This document shows positions 1 to 13,904 of a stretch of 64,000 nt of DNA, one piece after another. The stretch is from Vicugna vicugna (lineage: Eukaryota). The stretch covers positions 3,079,520 through 3,143,519 of the forward strand of contig MU058844.1 in assembly GCA_013265495.1 (NCBI GenBank), read 5' to 3'. Numbering within the stretch: the first letter of the stretch is position 1; the number at the start of each line of letters is the position of its first letter. The notes under the pieces were generated by a model. The model was given only the letters and a program-made list of their open reading frames with translations, did no database searches and was not told where the DNA came from. A program made the position numbers and the translations under genes.

Positions 1-289
1 CAATACCAAAGACATTCCCTGGCCCTCAAATATTTGTTGAATGAATGAATGAATATTATGCACAAAAAAGAGGTTACATATATGAAATGTCCATCCCCCA
101 TTTAATTAATAAATGTTAGCTCCTTCATTAACCTCCACCTGACCCCATCTACTTTCCTACCATACTAATTTAAACGTTTAAGGCTGAATTATTTTGACTC
201 AATTCATACAATTGGTTCGTGCTCAGGTATTCTTACACATTTACACTAAGAATTGTCTTTGAGTCTTTCTTTTCTATCATTCCCTTATC

Positions 290-1090
290 AAACTAATTAG
301 CAGGTACTATTAATTCAACCTCCAGAATATACCTCATATCCATCCATTTCTGTCCACCTCCACTGTCACTATCTAATCTAAGCCATCATCCCCCACACGG
401 ACTCTGCAAGTAACCTCCTGACTAGTGTCTCCCATTCCACTGCACCTTTAAACCCACAGCTGGATCTCCAGTCTTGTACATTTTTTTTTCTCCTGCCCGT
501 CTTTTCTTTTCTCGAGCCATCCAGTCTTCCTTTCTGTTCCTCACATATCAAGCTCTTTCTGGTCTCAAACCTTCATGCTTGTTATTCATTCTGCCTAGGA
601 ATGCCCTTCTTCTGGCTCTTGTGCATAAGGTTCTTGCACGTGCACCAGGTCTCTGTTCAAACACACCTCTTCAGAGAGGCTTTCCCTGTGTATCACTTTT
701 TCTCTACCATGTTTCTTCATGTTCATTACCTATTTGCTCACTGATTTAATCTAGGCTAAAACTGGCTTTACTGGCTGTGAGGACTTAGGTGAGATCCTTA
801 ACCACTTAGTATCTTCACCTGTAAGATCAACCCTTATCTGTAATAATAATACCAATCTCACAGGGCTGTTGAAGAATAATAAGATATTACATGGGAAAAG
901 CTCTGAACATTACCTGGAACGTGTACTTGCTCCCTTAATATTAGTTATTTCTATAGTTTTATTATTATATTCACCTACAGAAATATAGGTTCCTTGAGGC
1001 CCAGGATTACATCTGTTTTTTCGACACTGCATTATTAGTTCCCGGAACTGTGCTGGCACTAAGTCAGTCATCAATAAATATTTGAATGCT
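290..1090 (+). mobile_element. LINE2 (L2) 3' region, split by a MIR
   Basis: L2-like text (aacctccagaatata...ccacctccactgtcact...aacctcctgactagtgtctcc) and L2 3' terminus (ttccttgaggcccagg...ctggcact...caataaatatttgaatg). Boundaries approximate. Confidence 0.75.
752..965 (+). mobile_element. MIR SINE nested in L2
   Basis: MIR core-like tactggctgtgaggacttagg...cttcacctgtaag...taataatacc...cacagggctgttg...aaagctctgaaca. Confidence 0.7.
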
Positions 1091-1189
1091 ACCTAAAGAG
1101 GCCACATACATTGCAACTAAAGAGCTTATAAATACAAAGTCATGTTTAAATATGCATAGGTTAATTTGCTGCAACAGCTACATGATGTG

Positions 1190-4100
1190 AGAAAGAAAAG
1201 GGAATTTGCTATCTGACCACATCTCACTAGTGCTACCACTAAAGAGTTATCAGTACCAGAAACAATGGAGCAATGCCTGCAAAATACTCTACCAAAAAAG
1301 GGTGACTCACTAATTCTATATCCAGCCAAACTGACCCTCAAGAATAAAAATTACAGATGTTTTAAATGTACAAGAATTCATGGAATATTGTTCCCATGGG
1401 CACTTCTCAGGGAGACTACTAGAGGAAAACTTTAGTCAGTCAAGATGTAACTGGAGGAACTGTACCAAGAGGACTGGCAGTGATCATTGAATGTCTTTAA
1501 CTGTAAGATTAAGACTAACAGAAACTGCAGTTTATGGTGAAGGAACATAGTGTAAATTGTATATGCCTGACAATAAAATAAGAACTCAACTTGTTTAAAA
1601 AAAAAATGAGAGAGAAAAGGGAAAGCATATGAGTAGAATGGTGAACTCTTCCATCTTCAATGGCCAAGAGTCAAATGCTATAATTTAAAACTGACTTACA
1701 AGCATGTGTAACTCTACAAAAGAGAACGTTAAGAAAGATAATTGGCTAAAATTGGAGAAGGAAAGGTGAGGAAAGAACAGTAAACAAACTACCTTTATCA
1801 TTGTTCATAAAAGGAAAGTAATAGATTGTATTTGAAGATGATTAGGACCAATGACATTGTATAAAGATATAATTATGAAAATACTAAAATAAAACCATAA
1901 ACTTAAATCCTAGCAAAATTTCACAGTGAAGACAATTAGCAAAGAAAACAGATCCTATGATAATAAACTTTTTTTTAAGTTAAAAAAAAATCAAAAAAAG
2001 AAAAACATCATATAAAATAATAACAAAACTATGACCCAACACTTCCGTCAAGTCAATAAGTGTATGTCATCTTGATGCATCTATATAAAGGAAAATTTTT
2101 ACAAATTAAATCATAAAGTAAAACCCTACTCCATACCAAATACAAGGAACGACTAAGACAGTTTTAAAATAAAACAGAGGTCAAAAGTCTACCTAGCAAA
2201 AATAAATAATATAAAGTAGAAGTCATAATCTTAATAGCAAACAAGGTGGAAATCAGGACAAACAGATTTAAATAAGACAAAGAAAGAAAAGACAAAGAAA
2301 AGAATTTAATGATGCTAATAACATGTTCAATTCCCAGTGACAGTATTACAACTAAGTATATCTGTGCAACAAATAACTTAAACATTCATTGAGCAGAAAT
2401 TACAGGAGATATTAAGAGCAGTAAATACAAACATGATAATCCTGGGAGACTCCAGTTCACCTTTCCAAGTGCGTGGTTAATCAGACAGGCAAAAATTAAT
2501 AAGAATAAAGTGGCCTAAATATCATAATTGATATAATACAAATGATTGACATAAACACCAGCACCTGAAAATACAGAATACACTTTTTTTTCAAAAAATG
2601 ACCAACAGAGAACTTAAATGAAATCTAAAAATAGAACCATACGTATAACATTCTTTGATCACACTAACCAGAGACTAGTCACTATTAATAATGATGCAAA
2701 TATTCTAAATAATATACTAGCAAAAAAGAATGCAGGAGCTCATTTTAAAAAATAAAAAAACATCAATACCAAATGAGATCATAATGGTCCAGTACTAGAA
2801 ACTCTATTAATGCAGTTCATCATATTAACAAATCCAAAGAAAAAAAATTACAGGATCTTTCCATAGATGCTGAAAAAGCATTAGACAAAATTCATCAGTC
2901 TTCTGTGATACGACAAACAAAACAACCAAGAAAACATTCATTGAAGTAGAATTAGAAGGAGGCTGTCTTTTCATAATAAGATGTATCTATTTCAATCTAA
3001 AGCCATCATAATGCTTCTGAAGTGTCTTCATTGTGTTGGCTATGGAAATGGAAATGTCTTCATTGCGTTTGCTAGTAGCCACTAGTACCACTACCATTTA
3101 ACATTGTTCTAGAGTCATTAGTCAACATCATTACCCAGGAGAAAAAGTTTTTCATTTATTTAAACAACCAGTTATAAGATTTAATGGGAGAAAAGAATGT
3201 ATACATAACAGCAGCAGAAAAGATAGAATACAAAAACATACTGTCAAGAAAAGTGTGAGACCTGTTAAAAATAAGATAATACTGAAGGCCACGAAGTAGC
3301 CTTTCTACAAATAGAGAGACAATGTTATTGGGTCGGAAGGCTGAGCATCACAAATGTGTCAGTTCTCCCTAAATTAATTTAACATAATCTCGATGAAAGC
3401 CCAACAGCTTTAACCTGTATCACTCAATGCTAAATTTAGTAAGAAAAATGAACGTGGAAGGGGACCAGCCCTAAAAGACATTAAAAGCCTAAATAACTAA
3501 GAGTGTCATACTTGTCCATTAGCAAAATAAAAATTCCAGAAGAAGTATATCAGGTACATAAAGGAATTGAATGTATATTAAAAAAATGCCACCTCAGGTC
3601 ATTGGGGAAAAAAGAGACTGGTCAACAAATGGCTTAAGGATAAGTAAAGTAGTATCTTACCTCATGTGCCAGAATGAATTCCAAAGGTGCCAAAGATTTA
3701 AACTGTTTAAGTACAACTATAAAACAGTAAGAAGGAATCTTGGAACGATTTTTTTATAAATTTGGGTTAGGAAAGTCTAAACTTTTATGACTCAAACCCC
3801 CCAAGTCATAAATTATTTTATTGATGAATTTGGAAAAATAAGGATTTTTTTTTAATTCACAGAAAGAAAATCATGAACAAAGTTTAAAAGAAAAAGACAA
3901 ACTGTGGGAAATATTTGAAACTCATCACAAAGAGCTAGATTCTCTCAATATATAAATTGATAAGACCATTGCCCATTTTAAATACAGAAAAAGGAAATGA
4001 AATTTGCTCTTAAGTAAGTGACAAGATAAAGAGCCTCCCCCATAAAAAAGAAATGTAAATTAAAACCACACAGAATATCATTTTCTACCTCACAGTTGGC

Positions 4101-4800
4101 AAAAATACTAAGTTAGCTAACACACTCTGTTGAAGGACTCTGAGGGAAAAAAGCATTTTCTCATAAATTGAAGTTAGGAGTATAAATTGGGCAGTGTGCT
4201 AATATCTATACAGATTACAAATGTATATACCATTCACCCCAGCAATTCCACTGCTAGGAAAACCCAGATACCCACCAGTGATGTGTGGAATGCTGCATGT
4301 CTAAGATTACTCACTGCAAAAAAAAAAAAAAATTGGAAATATACAAACGTCCATCAATGTGTAACTGGCTAAATAAGTAGTAGTATGTCCATATAATGGA
4401 ATTATAAGTCGTTGTTAAAAACTGAAAGCAGAAACTCTCCTTGTACTGATATCAAGTGATATTCAAGATATATTAAGTGAAAATAGTGTTAATTGAGGAA
4501 AAGGAGAAAAGTGTTCATTTAGTGAAAAGAGAATAGAGTATATATAATATGTCATCTTTTGGGTAAAAAAGAGGAAAATAATGTTTCTGTATTTTCCTGC
4601 ATTTGCATGAAGGAATTCTAGATGAACACTCCAGGATTAATAATAGCTATTCTCCAGAAGGTTGGACCTAGGGGCAAACCTAAATAAAGAATGAAAGACA
4701 TGGATATAAAAGACACTTTTTACTGGATAACTTCTTATGTTTTTTTGAACCCCAAGAATACCTTATCTATTCAAAATTTTTAAATTTAACTTAAAAAAAA
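1190..4800 (+). mobile_element. Ancient L1 (L1M/L1ME-like), internally deleted: ORF1 end, ORF2 remnants, 3' UTR
   Basis: aattctatatccagccaaactg (L1 ORF1 ILYPAKL motif); ORF2 remnants such as atagatgctgaaaaagcattagacaaaattcatc (SIDAEKAFDKI) and ccactaccatttaacattgttctaga; A-rich end near 4800. No long ORF remains. Confidence 0.85.
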
Positions 4801-5649
4801 TTTTTTACAGAGCAGTTTATTATGAAGCTGATACTGGCTTATGTTTTTCTTAATTAAAAATTTTTAATTTTAATTTCTTAATTTTAAAATTTATTTTTCT
4901 TAATTTTTTGCATTATTTAATATAGCTAATAAAATTTTGAAGACATTAGTTGGGTCTTCATCTCACTATGCACTATTTCCTTTCTAATAAAACGTTAGCA
5001 TTTCCATAATCCTTGATATTTCCAGCAGGAAACTACATAGAAGAGCCAGACTATAAAAGTGATGACTTTTCAACTGCAGATGGTTTTATTCCCAGTAGTT
5101 TGTCTAATGTATAGTTTCCTTGTCATTTTTTTCTGATTGGCAGAATTCTTATGATCAAGGTATCTTTAATAGTAAATAAAAGCTCACTTAGAACACATCT
5201 ACTGACAATAAACTTCAAAGGCAGTGAAATCCACAGCAGTACGGAAGTGTTGGAACATGCTACCTAGTTTTTAATTAATTAGTGTATATATCGAGTGCAT
5301 TAAATGTGAGAAATGACATTTATCAATCACTCACCCCAAAATTTTTCAAGGAATTTCATTGAAAATAGTAAGAAGTGGTCAATCCCTACTGCCCCGTTCA
5401 AGCGTGCACAGCCATGCCCATTCCAGTAGAGCCACTGGTGCCACATTCTTCTCTCATGAAGTCTGCAAGCCAGTGGAGATCCTTCACTTCCCATGTCCTA
5501 TATAGCTCAGCCAAGATCAGAGCCAGCCCTATCCTCTTTTGATGAAAATAAGAACATAACTCGGTGCACACATAGTGATTTGATATTTCTGTACATTTCA
5601 AAATGATCACACCGATAAGTCTAGTTTCCCTCTGTCACTGTACAAAGAT

Positions 5650-6075
5650 AGTGTTGTAGGTCAATTATACTTCAGAAACACGCAAACGGACTCATAGAAA
5701 AAGAGATCAAATTTGTAGTTACCAAAGGCAGAGGGTGAAGCAAGGAGGAATTAAAGGCAGTCAAAATGTACAAACTTCCAGTTATAAGATAAATAAGTAG
5801 GGATGAAATGTCTAACATGATAAATATAATTAACACTGCTTGTGTTACATATGAAAGTTGTTAAGAGAGTGAATCCTAAGAGTTGTCATCACAGGAAAAA
5901 AATTTGCTTTCTATTTCTTCAATTTTATATCTGTATGAGATGATGGATATTCACTAAGCTTATTGCGATAACCTTTTTATGAGGTATGTAAGTCAAATCA
6001 TCATGCAGTACACCTTAAGCTTATACAGCACTGTATGTCAGTTGTATCTCAATAAAACTGGAAGAAAAACATTTA
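5650..6075 (+). mobile_element. L1 3' UTR (L1MA9-related/artiodactyl type)
   Basis: gtacaaacttccagttataagataaataag...gaaagttgttaagagagtgaatcctaagag...tatctcaataaaactggaagaaaa, a typical L1 3' end with polyA signal. Confidence 0.85.
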
Positions 6076-7769
6076 AAAAATCAAATAACCCAAAGAAAAC
6101 ATTCCTGTTTTTATCGTTATTGTATGTGCTTTAACTTTAGAATCAATATTCAAATAGCTAAAAATGTAATATTTCTATGGCAAAGATGAGGAGTGCAGTG
6201 AAGATTGAGCCTTAAGCATTCAATTTTTTTTATAACAATTGCAACATAAATATTTCGTCTAGCCAAATAATGCCTGTCAGAGCTTCAAAAACCACCTGCA
6301 AAACCTAGCTCTGAGAATAGCATCCAGAGACAAGGTAATCTGAGGCCACGGTGGGCACCGTTTGCAGAAGGATTAGTGACGTACACAGTCACTTTCAATT
6401 CAGCTTCAGTTTCAGTCTAAACTTGAGCAGCATCATGCTGACACAACACATTCAGAACAAGAGAGAAGTTTCCTGTTCTTTTTATGAAGCTTTGTAACCT
6501 TGGTTTCTGAGACTCCTTGTTTTGGAAAAAAAAAAGCACTTCCTGATATCTTCTCTGTTGAAGAAAAAAAAGCTAATGAAAAGAATATTTGGGAAATGAA
6601 CATGCTTTACACAAAGATATGCAAGTGATCATCTTTTTGTTTTTAGTTCAACTTAAAATCTGACTACACATTGTTGTTTTCTCTATAAGTATGCACAAGG
6701 GGGGAAAAAGTAAAACAGCACTGCTTGCTGGGTGCTTCTAATAGGTGCTCAGTATCACAGAGACCACACAAACCACATGGTTGTGACAACTACTATGGCA
6801 ACTAACAAAATTTTCAAATCAAAATACCAATAGGTCAGGCTGCCCACACAGAGCTCTTAGGTCCCACACCCCTTTTCACTTCAATGTACAGTGTGCAAAT
6901 TTGGAAGCCCCTGTCATCTTGTAACCACAGTGTAGAAAGCTGCCTATGTTAACTCTGCTGCGTTATTTTCAGTTGACTGTTATGTCAGGGAGCACCTCTT
7001 GCAGCACTCCATTCAGAAATGAAGACCAAAAAGTTGGCTGCCCATCTAGAAAACTACAGATAGAGCCTGAAGCAAACATGGTACTAAATTAGCAGTATCA
7101 CCCATATGTTTTCTCCTCTGTGTACTGAGAGCCATGAAAATAAGTTCATTAAAAATAACTTCCATCACATAGTGTCTCGTTCTCTTCTGTTGGCTCAAAT
7201 CATCATTTTAATGTCTGATTTAATTATGTAAAGTCAAGTCCCTTATATCGGAGAAGGCCTTTTCTCAAATAAATATCACACACAAAAAAACTGATGTGTA
7301 CTATACAACTGTAAAAGGTTTGGTCAGAACGTTCTGTTTTGTTTTCAGAGACAACAGAATTGCAGGGATCTTTTGGCCTATTATCATGTGCTGGTGAGGA
7401 AAGTCTCAGTGTGCACATCAAGGCTATTTGAAAAAAAGCTGAAAAGACAAGGAAAGTGAAAAGAATAATCCCTGTCCTGGCAACACACCCTTTTTAACTG
7501 GGAAAAAAAAAGCAAACCGTTGGACAGAAGTCTGCTGTGTTCAGCGAACGTCACTATGTGATTTTCTCTTCCTGCTTCTACTTCAGAAGAAACAGAAACT
7601 TCGAGGGGAAGAAAGCCGGAGGAAGTGATCTGCATCTTAGCAGGACAAGCACACAAGAAAGGCAAACGGAGGTCTCTTCTGCTAGGACATACAAAGTTAG
7701 GACATATGAATCCACTGTTGAGATAGAAATTTTCCAACTGGCAGCAAAGACATCATCATCCTCTTATTA

Positions 7770-7945
7770 ATAATTAGCAACCCAACACTCACTGTATATA
7801 GATATCAGGAATTGTGGAAAGCGTTTTACGTAAACAGACTCATTTAATCCTCGATTTCAGTGTACCACTCTCATCTCCGAAGGCTAAGCAACTCACAAGG
7901 TGTAGGGTGGAGCCAGTATTTAAACCCCGGCAATCTGTTTTCAGG
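7770..7945 (-). mobile_element. MIR
   Basis: ctcatttaatcctc...aggctaagcaact...gagccagtatttaaacccc matches reverse MIR. Confidence 0.65.
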
Positions 7946-8354
7946 TTTGAAAACCTGAAGAGAGAATAGGTGTCTGGAAAAGTGTACAGTATTTTCCCTT
8001 GGCATCTGTTGCCTTTCAAAGTCTGTACACAAAAACGAAAGCCATACTTTACAATAGTGATGTGAATTTGATGGGACCGGTGTTTAATGAGAAGATATAT
8101 GTATAGTTGGAAAATGTCACCTGGATGTGGTCCCAGCTGGGAGATCAGAAGAGCTTGGCTCCCACAACCAGACCCTGGCACCGCACCTTAGTGTCCAGAG
8201 CAGCGTGTTACAAGGTGAGTTAGTAAAATGAAAGCAAACGGAGGCAAAATACAATCAGCTCTTGATTGTTTGTGATTTCTGGCTGGGAAATACGGGTCAT
8301 TCAAATAGCCACCTTCTCCGTTAGGTACCACTTTCTGTCCATGAGAACTTTATG

Positions 8355-8710
8355 CATTCATTTTCTATTTCTGCTGTTAAAAAAAATTACCACACATTTA
8401 GTGGCATAAGACAACACAAATTAAGGACTTTATAGTTTAGCAAGTACGTAGTCTAGTACAGATCTCACCAGACTACAGTCGAATGCAGGCTGTAGGCTGC
8501 ATTTCTTTCTGGAGATTTTAAGGGAGAAGCAGTTCCTTAGTCATCTGGGTTATTTGCAGAATTTAGTTCTTTGTAATGGGAGGACTGAAGTCCTATCTTC
8601 TTGCTTCCTGAAAAATGAGGCCCATTCCCGGCTTCTCAAGGGCTCTGCCCACGGCCCCCTCCCTCCACCTTCAAAGCCAGCAGTGGCAGGCTGAGTCCTT
8701 TAAATCTCAG
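8355..8710 (-). mobile_element. MaLR solo LTR fragment (MLT1D/E-like)
   Basis: tgctgtt...aattaccacacatttagtggcataagacaacacaaatt...gcagaatttagttc...aggactga; resembles the copy at 60709-61252. Confidence 0.75.
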
Positions 8711-9747
8711 GGCTGTTGGTGGGAGCAGGCTTGTGGCCATAGTTGGCCTCTGGTCTGCAGGGACTTCGTAAGTCTTTGGAAAGCATCTTAGAATCATTAT
8801 CTCTTTCAGTAGCTAGAGATTTAGAGTAGCTGACATCTTTAGGAATGAACCTCTCAGGGCTAAAAATGTGACGTATTTGGAAACAATTCTTAAACTCTAA
8901 TTAACTACCTGTAATACAGTTTTGTGAGTTTATTGCATGGATGCTATAAAACCTGGACTTTGTGGTATATCTGTCCCTAAGTAAGTGTTGTTTTCGCTCC
9001 TTCAATATTGCTGTAAACAGTGGCACCCATGTAACATATGTTTGACTTTTCTTTTTTAATGTTTCTATGAAAACTACAAACTACCTTAATTTACATGTTT
9101 CCTTATATCCTTTTCACTCTTCATCTCATTTGGCATCTTGGCATCGTTTGACACAGTCGTCTCCTTGGCTTTGATAACACAACTCTTTTCCTTATGGTTC
9201 TCTTAGCTATTTCTTCACAGTCTCCTTTATGGAAAAAATGTGTAGTATGGTGCCTAGCATAAAATAGGCATTTTAAATGGTTTGTTGAATGAATGATTGA
9301 ATGCATAAATGAATGAACAAATAATATAGGATTATATTCCCCTACCCACCAATTAAATGTTGGAGTTTGCCAAGCTTCAGTTACTACCTATATGCTGATG
9401 ATTTCCAATTTTATGTCTCCAGCCCAAATCTCTTTCCTGTACCTCAGGCTTGTATATGCAACCTCTGACCAGACTTGGTTCCCTCTGACACTTCAAATTC
9501 AACCTGTCTGAGTCTGATCTCATTAACCTCACTGCCAGAACTTCTTTTCTTCCAGATTCTTCCACAATCTGCCCCGTCACCCAAGCACAAATCTAAGTGT
9601 CATCCTTGGCTCCATATTATTGGTCACTAAGTCCTGTTGCTTCTTCCTTTTGAAATCTGCCCCCTTATTTCTAACCACACAGTTTCTACTACTTTTGCTG
9701 AGGTCCTCCTTCGTCCTCACCTAGATACCTGTGATTACCACCTAACT

Positions 9748-9948
9748 CAGTATTTGCAAAATGTCTCTGAAGACAGAAATAATCTGAAGACAGGAAGCAT
9801 ATGATTTTATGCTTGATAAAGACATAAATTACTGTACCTGCCCCCAATCTTCTGAGTAATAATCTCCCAGAAAGGAGCCTGGAAATATGTATGTTTAAAA
9901 AGCACCCCCAGGTGATTCTTGTTATCAGGGAATTTGGGAAAGCACGTT
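9748..9948 (+). mobile_element. hAT-Charlie MITE (MER5A/B-like)
   Basis: ggagcctggaaatatgtatgtttaaaaagcacccccaggtgattctt...tttgggaaagcac is the MER5 3' half. Confidence 0.7.
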
Positions 9949-10254
9949 TTTGCCTGCCAGACTCCAGAGTTGCCTCCCACTCTGCAGTCCACCCTCCGCA
10001 GCATTGCCAGAGTGACCTGTTTAAAACATGAGTCTAATCTTATCATTTCCATGGTTCTTCATGGTGTCTAAGATAATACTTACATTCTTTTAACAGAGCT
10101 TTCATACGTCTCTAGCCTTATCTTTCAACCCTTTTCAATATGGACCCTGCATTCTATTCTTAACTCTCTCCTGAATGCAGCAGGCATGCCCTTTCAGGCC
10201 ACTGCACCAGCTCCGCCTGCTACCAGGACACTCATGTCCCAGCCCCTTTGTTCA

Positions 10255-10500
10255 CTGTACACTTATGTAACACTTCAGTGAGACAGACACTGTTCTGAGT
10301 GCTTTCGAAATATCAACTCATATATTCATCTGTACGACCCTGGGATGGGTAAGTGGTAGGTACTGTTGTTATCTGCACTCATGGAGAAAAGTGAGGGACG
10401 TGTGCCGGGAATCATGCATAGTTTCTGGAAAAACTAAGATGTGAGCCCAGATAGCCTGACTATATAATTTATGCATTTAGTAGCCATGCTCTAGTGCCTC
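10255..10500 (-). mobile_element. MIR
   Basis: cagacactgttctgagtgcttt...ggtaggtactgttgttatc...gagaaaagtgagg...tgagcccagatagcctgact. Confidence 0.7.
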
Positions 10501-12829
10501 TCCTTCATCTGGTTAAACCCATTTTTATTCAAAGCGCAGCTCATTGATGCTTCCTGGAAGTCTTCTTAGATCCCCCAAGCTGAATTTGGCTGAATCTGGG
10601 ACTTATTTTTTTGTCACAGCATTCATAGCACTGTACAGCTAACATCTATTTTCTTGTCTTACAAATCAGACTGTACGTTCTTTAACAGAGGGAAACACAG
10701 TTTTTGTATCCTCAAAACCCAGCACAGCGCCCAGCATGAAGTACTAGCTATCTGTTGAATAAAAGAATAAAGAAATGAATTAGTGAATAAATGCATATAT
10801 TAACTTATAAAGAAGCAGCAGGGAACATCAACAACAGACAGTCTAGACATTCTGCCCCTGCATTGTGAAGTCTTCTGTACATGATTTCAATTTGGGGCAT
10901 ATGAGATGGCCTACATTGTATCAGAAATAAACTTAGGAGTCGTCTTACCAATTCTACAAATTTTCATGGGAATTCAAATTAAATGCATATTTGGACTTTG
11001 AGTTGTTTAATCTACTCAGTAGACTTCTTTTATTTCTCTTTGTCAGACATGAAGGTTAAGACTATTTCTAGACCTTTCATCTTAGTTCAACTTTCCCCTT
11101 AATTTATTCACTCCAAAATGTTGAACAAAACAGGTCCCTTTTTGTGGTTGGAAAGTTTGGCTTTACATAGACCCTTTCAACACACAACTGTCAGCACCCG
11201 ATTATGGGTCATTTTTTAGCCCTTGACTTTCACTTCCTTCTTTAAATAGGTCTTTCAGATGAATCATCTTCAGCCACTCTGTGATTATGCAGGGACAGTT
11301 ATGTAGCATATAAATGAACAGGATGCACTCAGCTCCTTCCTACCTTGTATCCTGTGCTCTGATTTTGGGGGTTTCATTTTTCATTCAGTAAAAATTTGAT
11401 TGACGATTGTGTGCTGAATTTTGTGTGAGCCCTCAGATCATTAGCATTTCCGGCAAGAATGAGAGGAAAAGCCCACATCCACCAGCTTTCAGACTTTTAG
11501 CTTTGGAGAGGAATTTAGTGGGAAAAGACTTGGATGGGATTTTTACATTTATGCGATTCTTCTTCTATACCCAATGCCATTATTAAAGCAATTGTGTGTG
11601 TGTGTGTAATATACATATATTATATATAAGTAATCAGTCTACCAACACAGTAGCAGAGCCCCCTAACTACTCAAAAATTTATCTCTCAGCTCATAATCCT
11701 TGAATACTTTAACAGATTCATTCCAATAACACACATGCCAGTAGTCATAGCTGTTTGCCTATTGTATCAATTTTGGGAAATAATGTATTTTGATAAATAA
11801 TCTCCTTAATGATGTTTCATTGATTGTATCACAACATGGACACATGTTCATGAATATTAATATGAAAGAATCCACTTTTTCCATGTGAGACCTATAATAC
11901 TGGAAAATACTAGTGTGAATTAAAGAAAGAGGAAGTTTACACAAGGGATTGTTGTCTTTCATCTTCCATGTGAATGATATTCTAAATATGTATGATCCTC
12001 ACCTACATTTCTACAGTTGAAGTCTGTTTCCTAAGTGAATCACAGCTGGAGTGAAATGTGCAGCAAGGGACGTATGAAAATGTATAGGCAACAACACTCG
12101 GAGTGATCCTATAGGCAAGAGGTTAAAGGACTAGTGTGCAGGACCTCAGATATGGTAGGTTTTAGGAAAGATTTTGTACCTCTATAAAGGTGCAAAAACT
12201 ATGTATTTAAGAGTCTTTCCAGCCTACGTGGGAAGATTCTGGCTCCTTGCTGCTTCTTCCCCTCTGTCTTCTGAGAAGAGAGGAGAAGAAACGTCAGAAG
12301 AAAGTAATGCTTTGGGCATCAGCAATGGAGAGTCGTCCGAGAATGGACAGAGATAGCAACGCCTGCAAGGTGGTAGGAAGAGAGGAGACTTCACAGAGTC
12401 AATCTTGATAAAGAACAGGAGAGAGTGGGCAGAGAAAAATGAAAACAGCCCAAACCGGGGGCAGAGGAAATGGCTCAGAAAAGAAGCCAGGACTGAGAAT
12501 AGCTATAGGGTGTGAAGGCAGCTTGTGGGAAGGAGAAAAGGGGAAATTTGAGGAGATTTTCAGAGAGCTATTTGTACCCTGCATAGTGTTTGAGAAATAC
12601 AAGTGAAATGTTTGAGATGTTCTGAAATGACTGTTGGTCACTGAGTTCCCTTGCATGCAATATTGCCCTCGACAGGACCACATGGTTCACGGCTTTATAA
12701 ACATTACACGTCTTGCAGTGAAATGTTACGAAAACCACCTTCACTGTCATCTGGCCAGCAGAATTCGCAGCCTCTGCATGACTTGGTAGAACCCCTTTGG
12801 AGTCTTTAGACTGACTCATTCTACACTCA

Positions 12830-13030
12830 GATCACATAATCTGTTCTTTCCCCATCTTCATTTACTGTTATTTGTGTCCTTGTTGGCACACAAATATTGT
12901 ACTAGACTTTAATACTCTTGATGCCAGGAACTGTGTCTTTTTTATCTTTGTATTTCATGTGACATCCAGCAGAACACCCAACACATGGTTAGAATATTCA
13001 GTTAGTTAACAAATGAATCAATTAATTCTA
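12830..13030 (+). mobile_element. L2 3' end
   Basis: tagacttt...cttgatgccaggaactgtgtctttt...aacacatgg...aatgaat. Confidence 0.6.
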
Positions 13031-13904
13031 GGATACACATGAAGTTTTGTTAAATAAAATGAGTGAAAATGCATGAAGAGAAAGTCCAGTGGCTTTGGTT
13101 TTGTTGGTGGCATTTTAATTATTATCATTTTCTTACTGATTTTATGAAACATTCTGATTCAGCAATATATTTGGAATCTTAGAACTATTATGTACATTTG
13201 TCATTGGTGATTTAATTACTACAGCTTTACTTACTGAGCAAAATGTCTCACTTCAGCCATATATGTGGAATTCAATAGCTATTACTACATTTTAGCAGTA
13301 AAGAAAATATCACTAATTTATAAGGCTCTTCTGCTAGGAAACAGTTACATAAGTAGCATTAATAACACATGCAATTTCCACCATTTTTGTCTACAAATTA
13401 GCTACAAAATAGGCCAATTTTAATTCTGTCTGTTTTATGAAGGTACACATGAGATCATCGCTGTACCTCTCACAGTAATCGTTTTGATTGTCTGGAAATC
13501 CTTGTTGTCTCATTAGCTATTATCCACCTGCATGATGTCCTAACATAATGAAGTACACCAAACCATCTCTAGATCCAGCATAGCAGTGTGCCAGGAGTAG
13601 TGTGTCAGCCTAAGATTTCATAGCTACATGGAGCACCTGCTGAGACTCTGGATTGAAGGCATTGTATAAGGGTAACTGGCGGAAGTTAAAAAGGAATAAA
13701 AAGCATTTGTTTTCTGATAACAAGGAGCTTACATACAATATACACAAAGTAAGTTGCTACAAGTAAGTATAAAATGACAAGCATTAAAAAATGTATGTAC
13801 TCATACATTTCTGTCATGCGTTGGCAAATTTACATTTTCAATTGCGTGGTTGTTGTCTAAGTGCACACACATTGCCAGATACATGTGTTAAGGACCAAGT
13901 GAAG

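Larger units (their letters stand above)
9100..10795 (+). mobile_element. L2 fragments, interrupted by MER5-type and MIR elements
   Basis: ctatatgctgatgatttccaa (YADD RT motif of L2 ORF2), cacttcaaattcaacctgtct, and L2 tails (tgttgaatgaatga) at about 9285 and 10755. Confidence 0.8.

Noticed and set aside
6975..7050. Possible Deu-domain (AmnSINE1) similarity
   Set aside because: Match too weak to support by eye.
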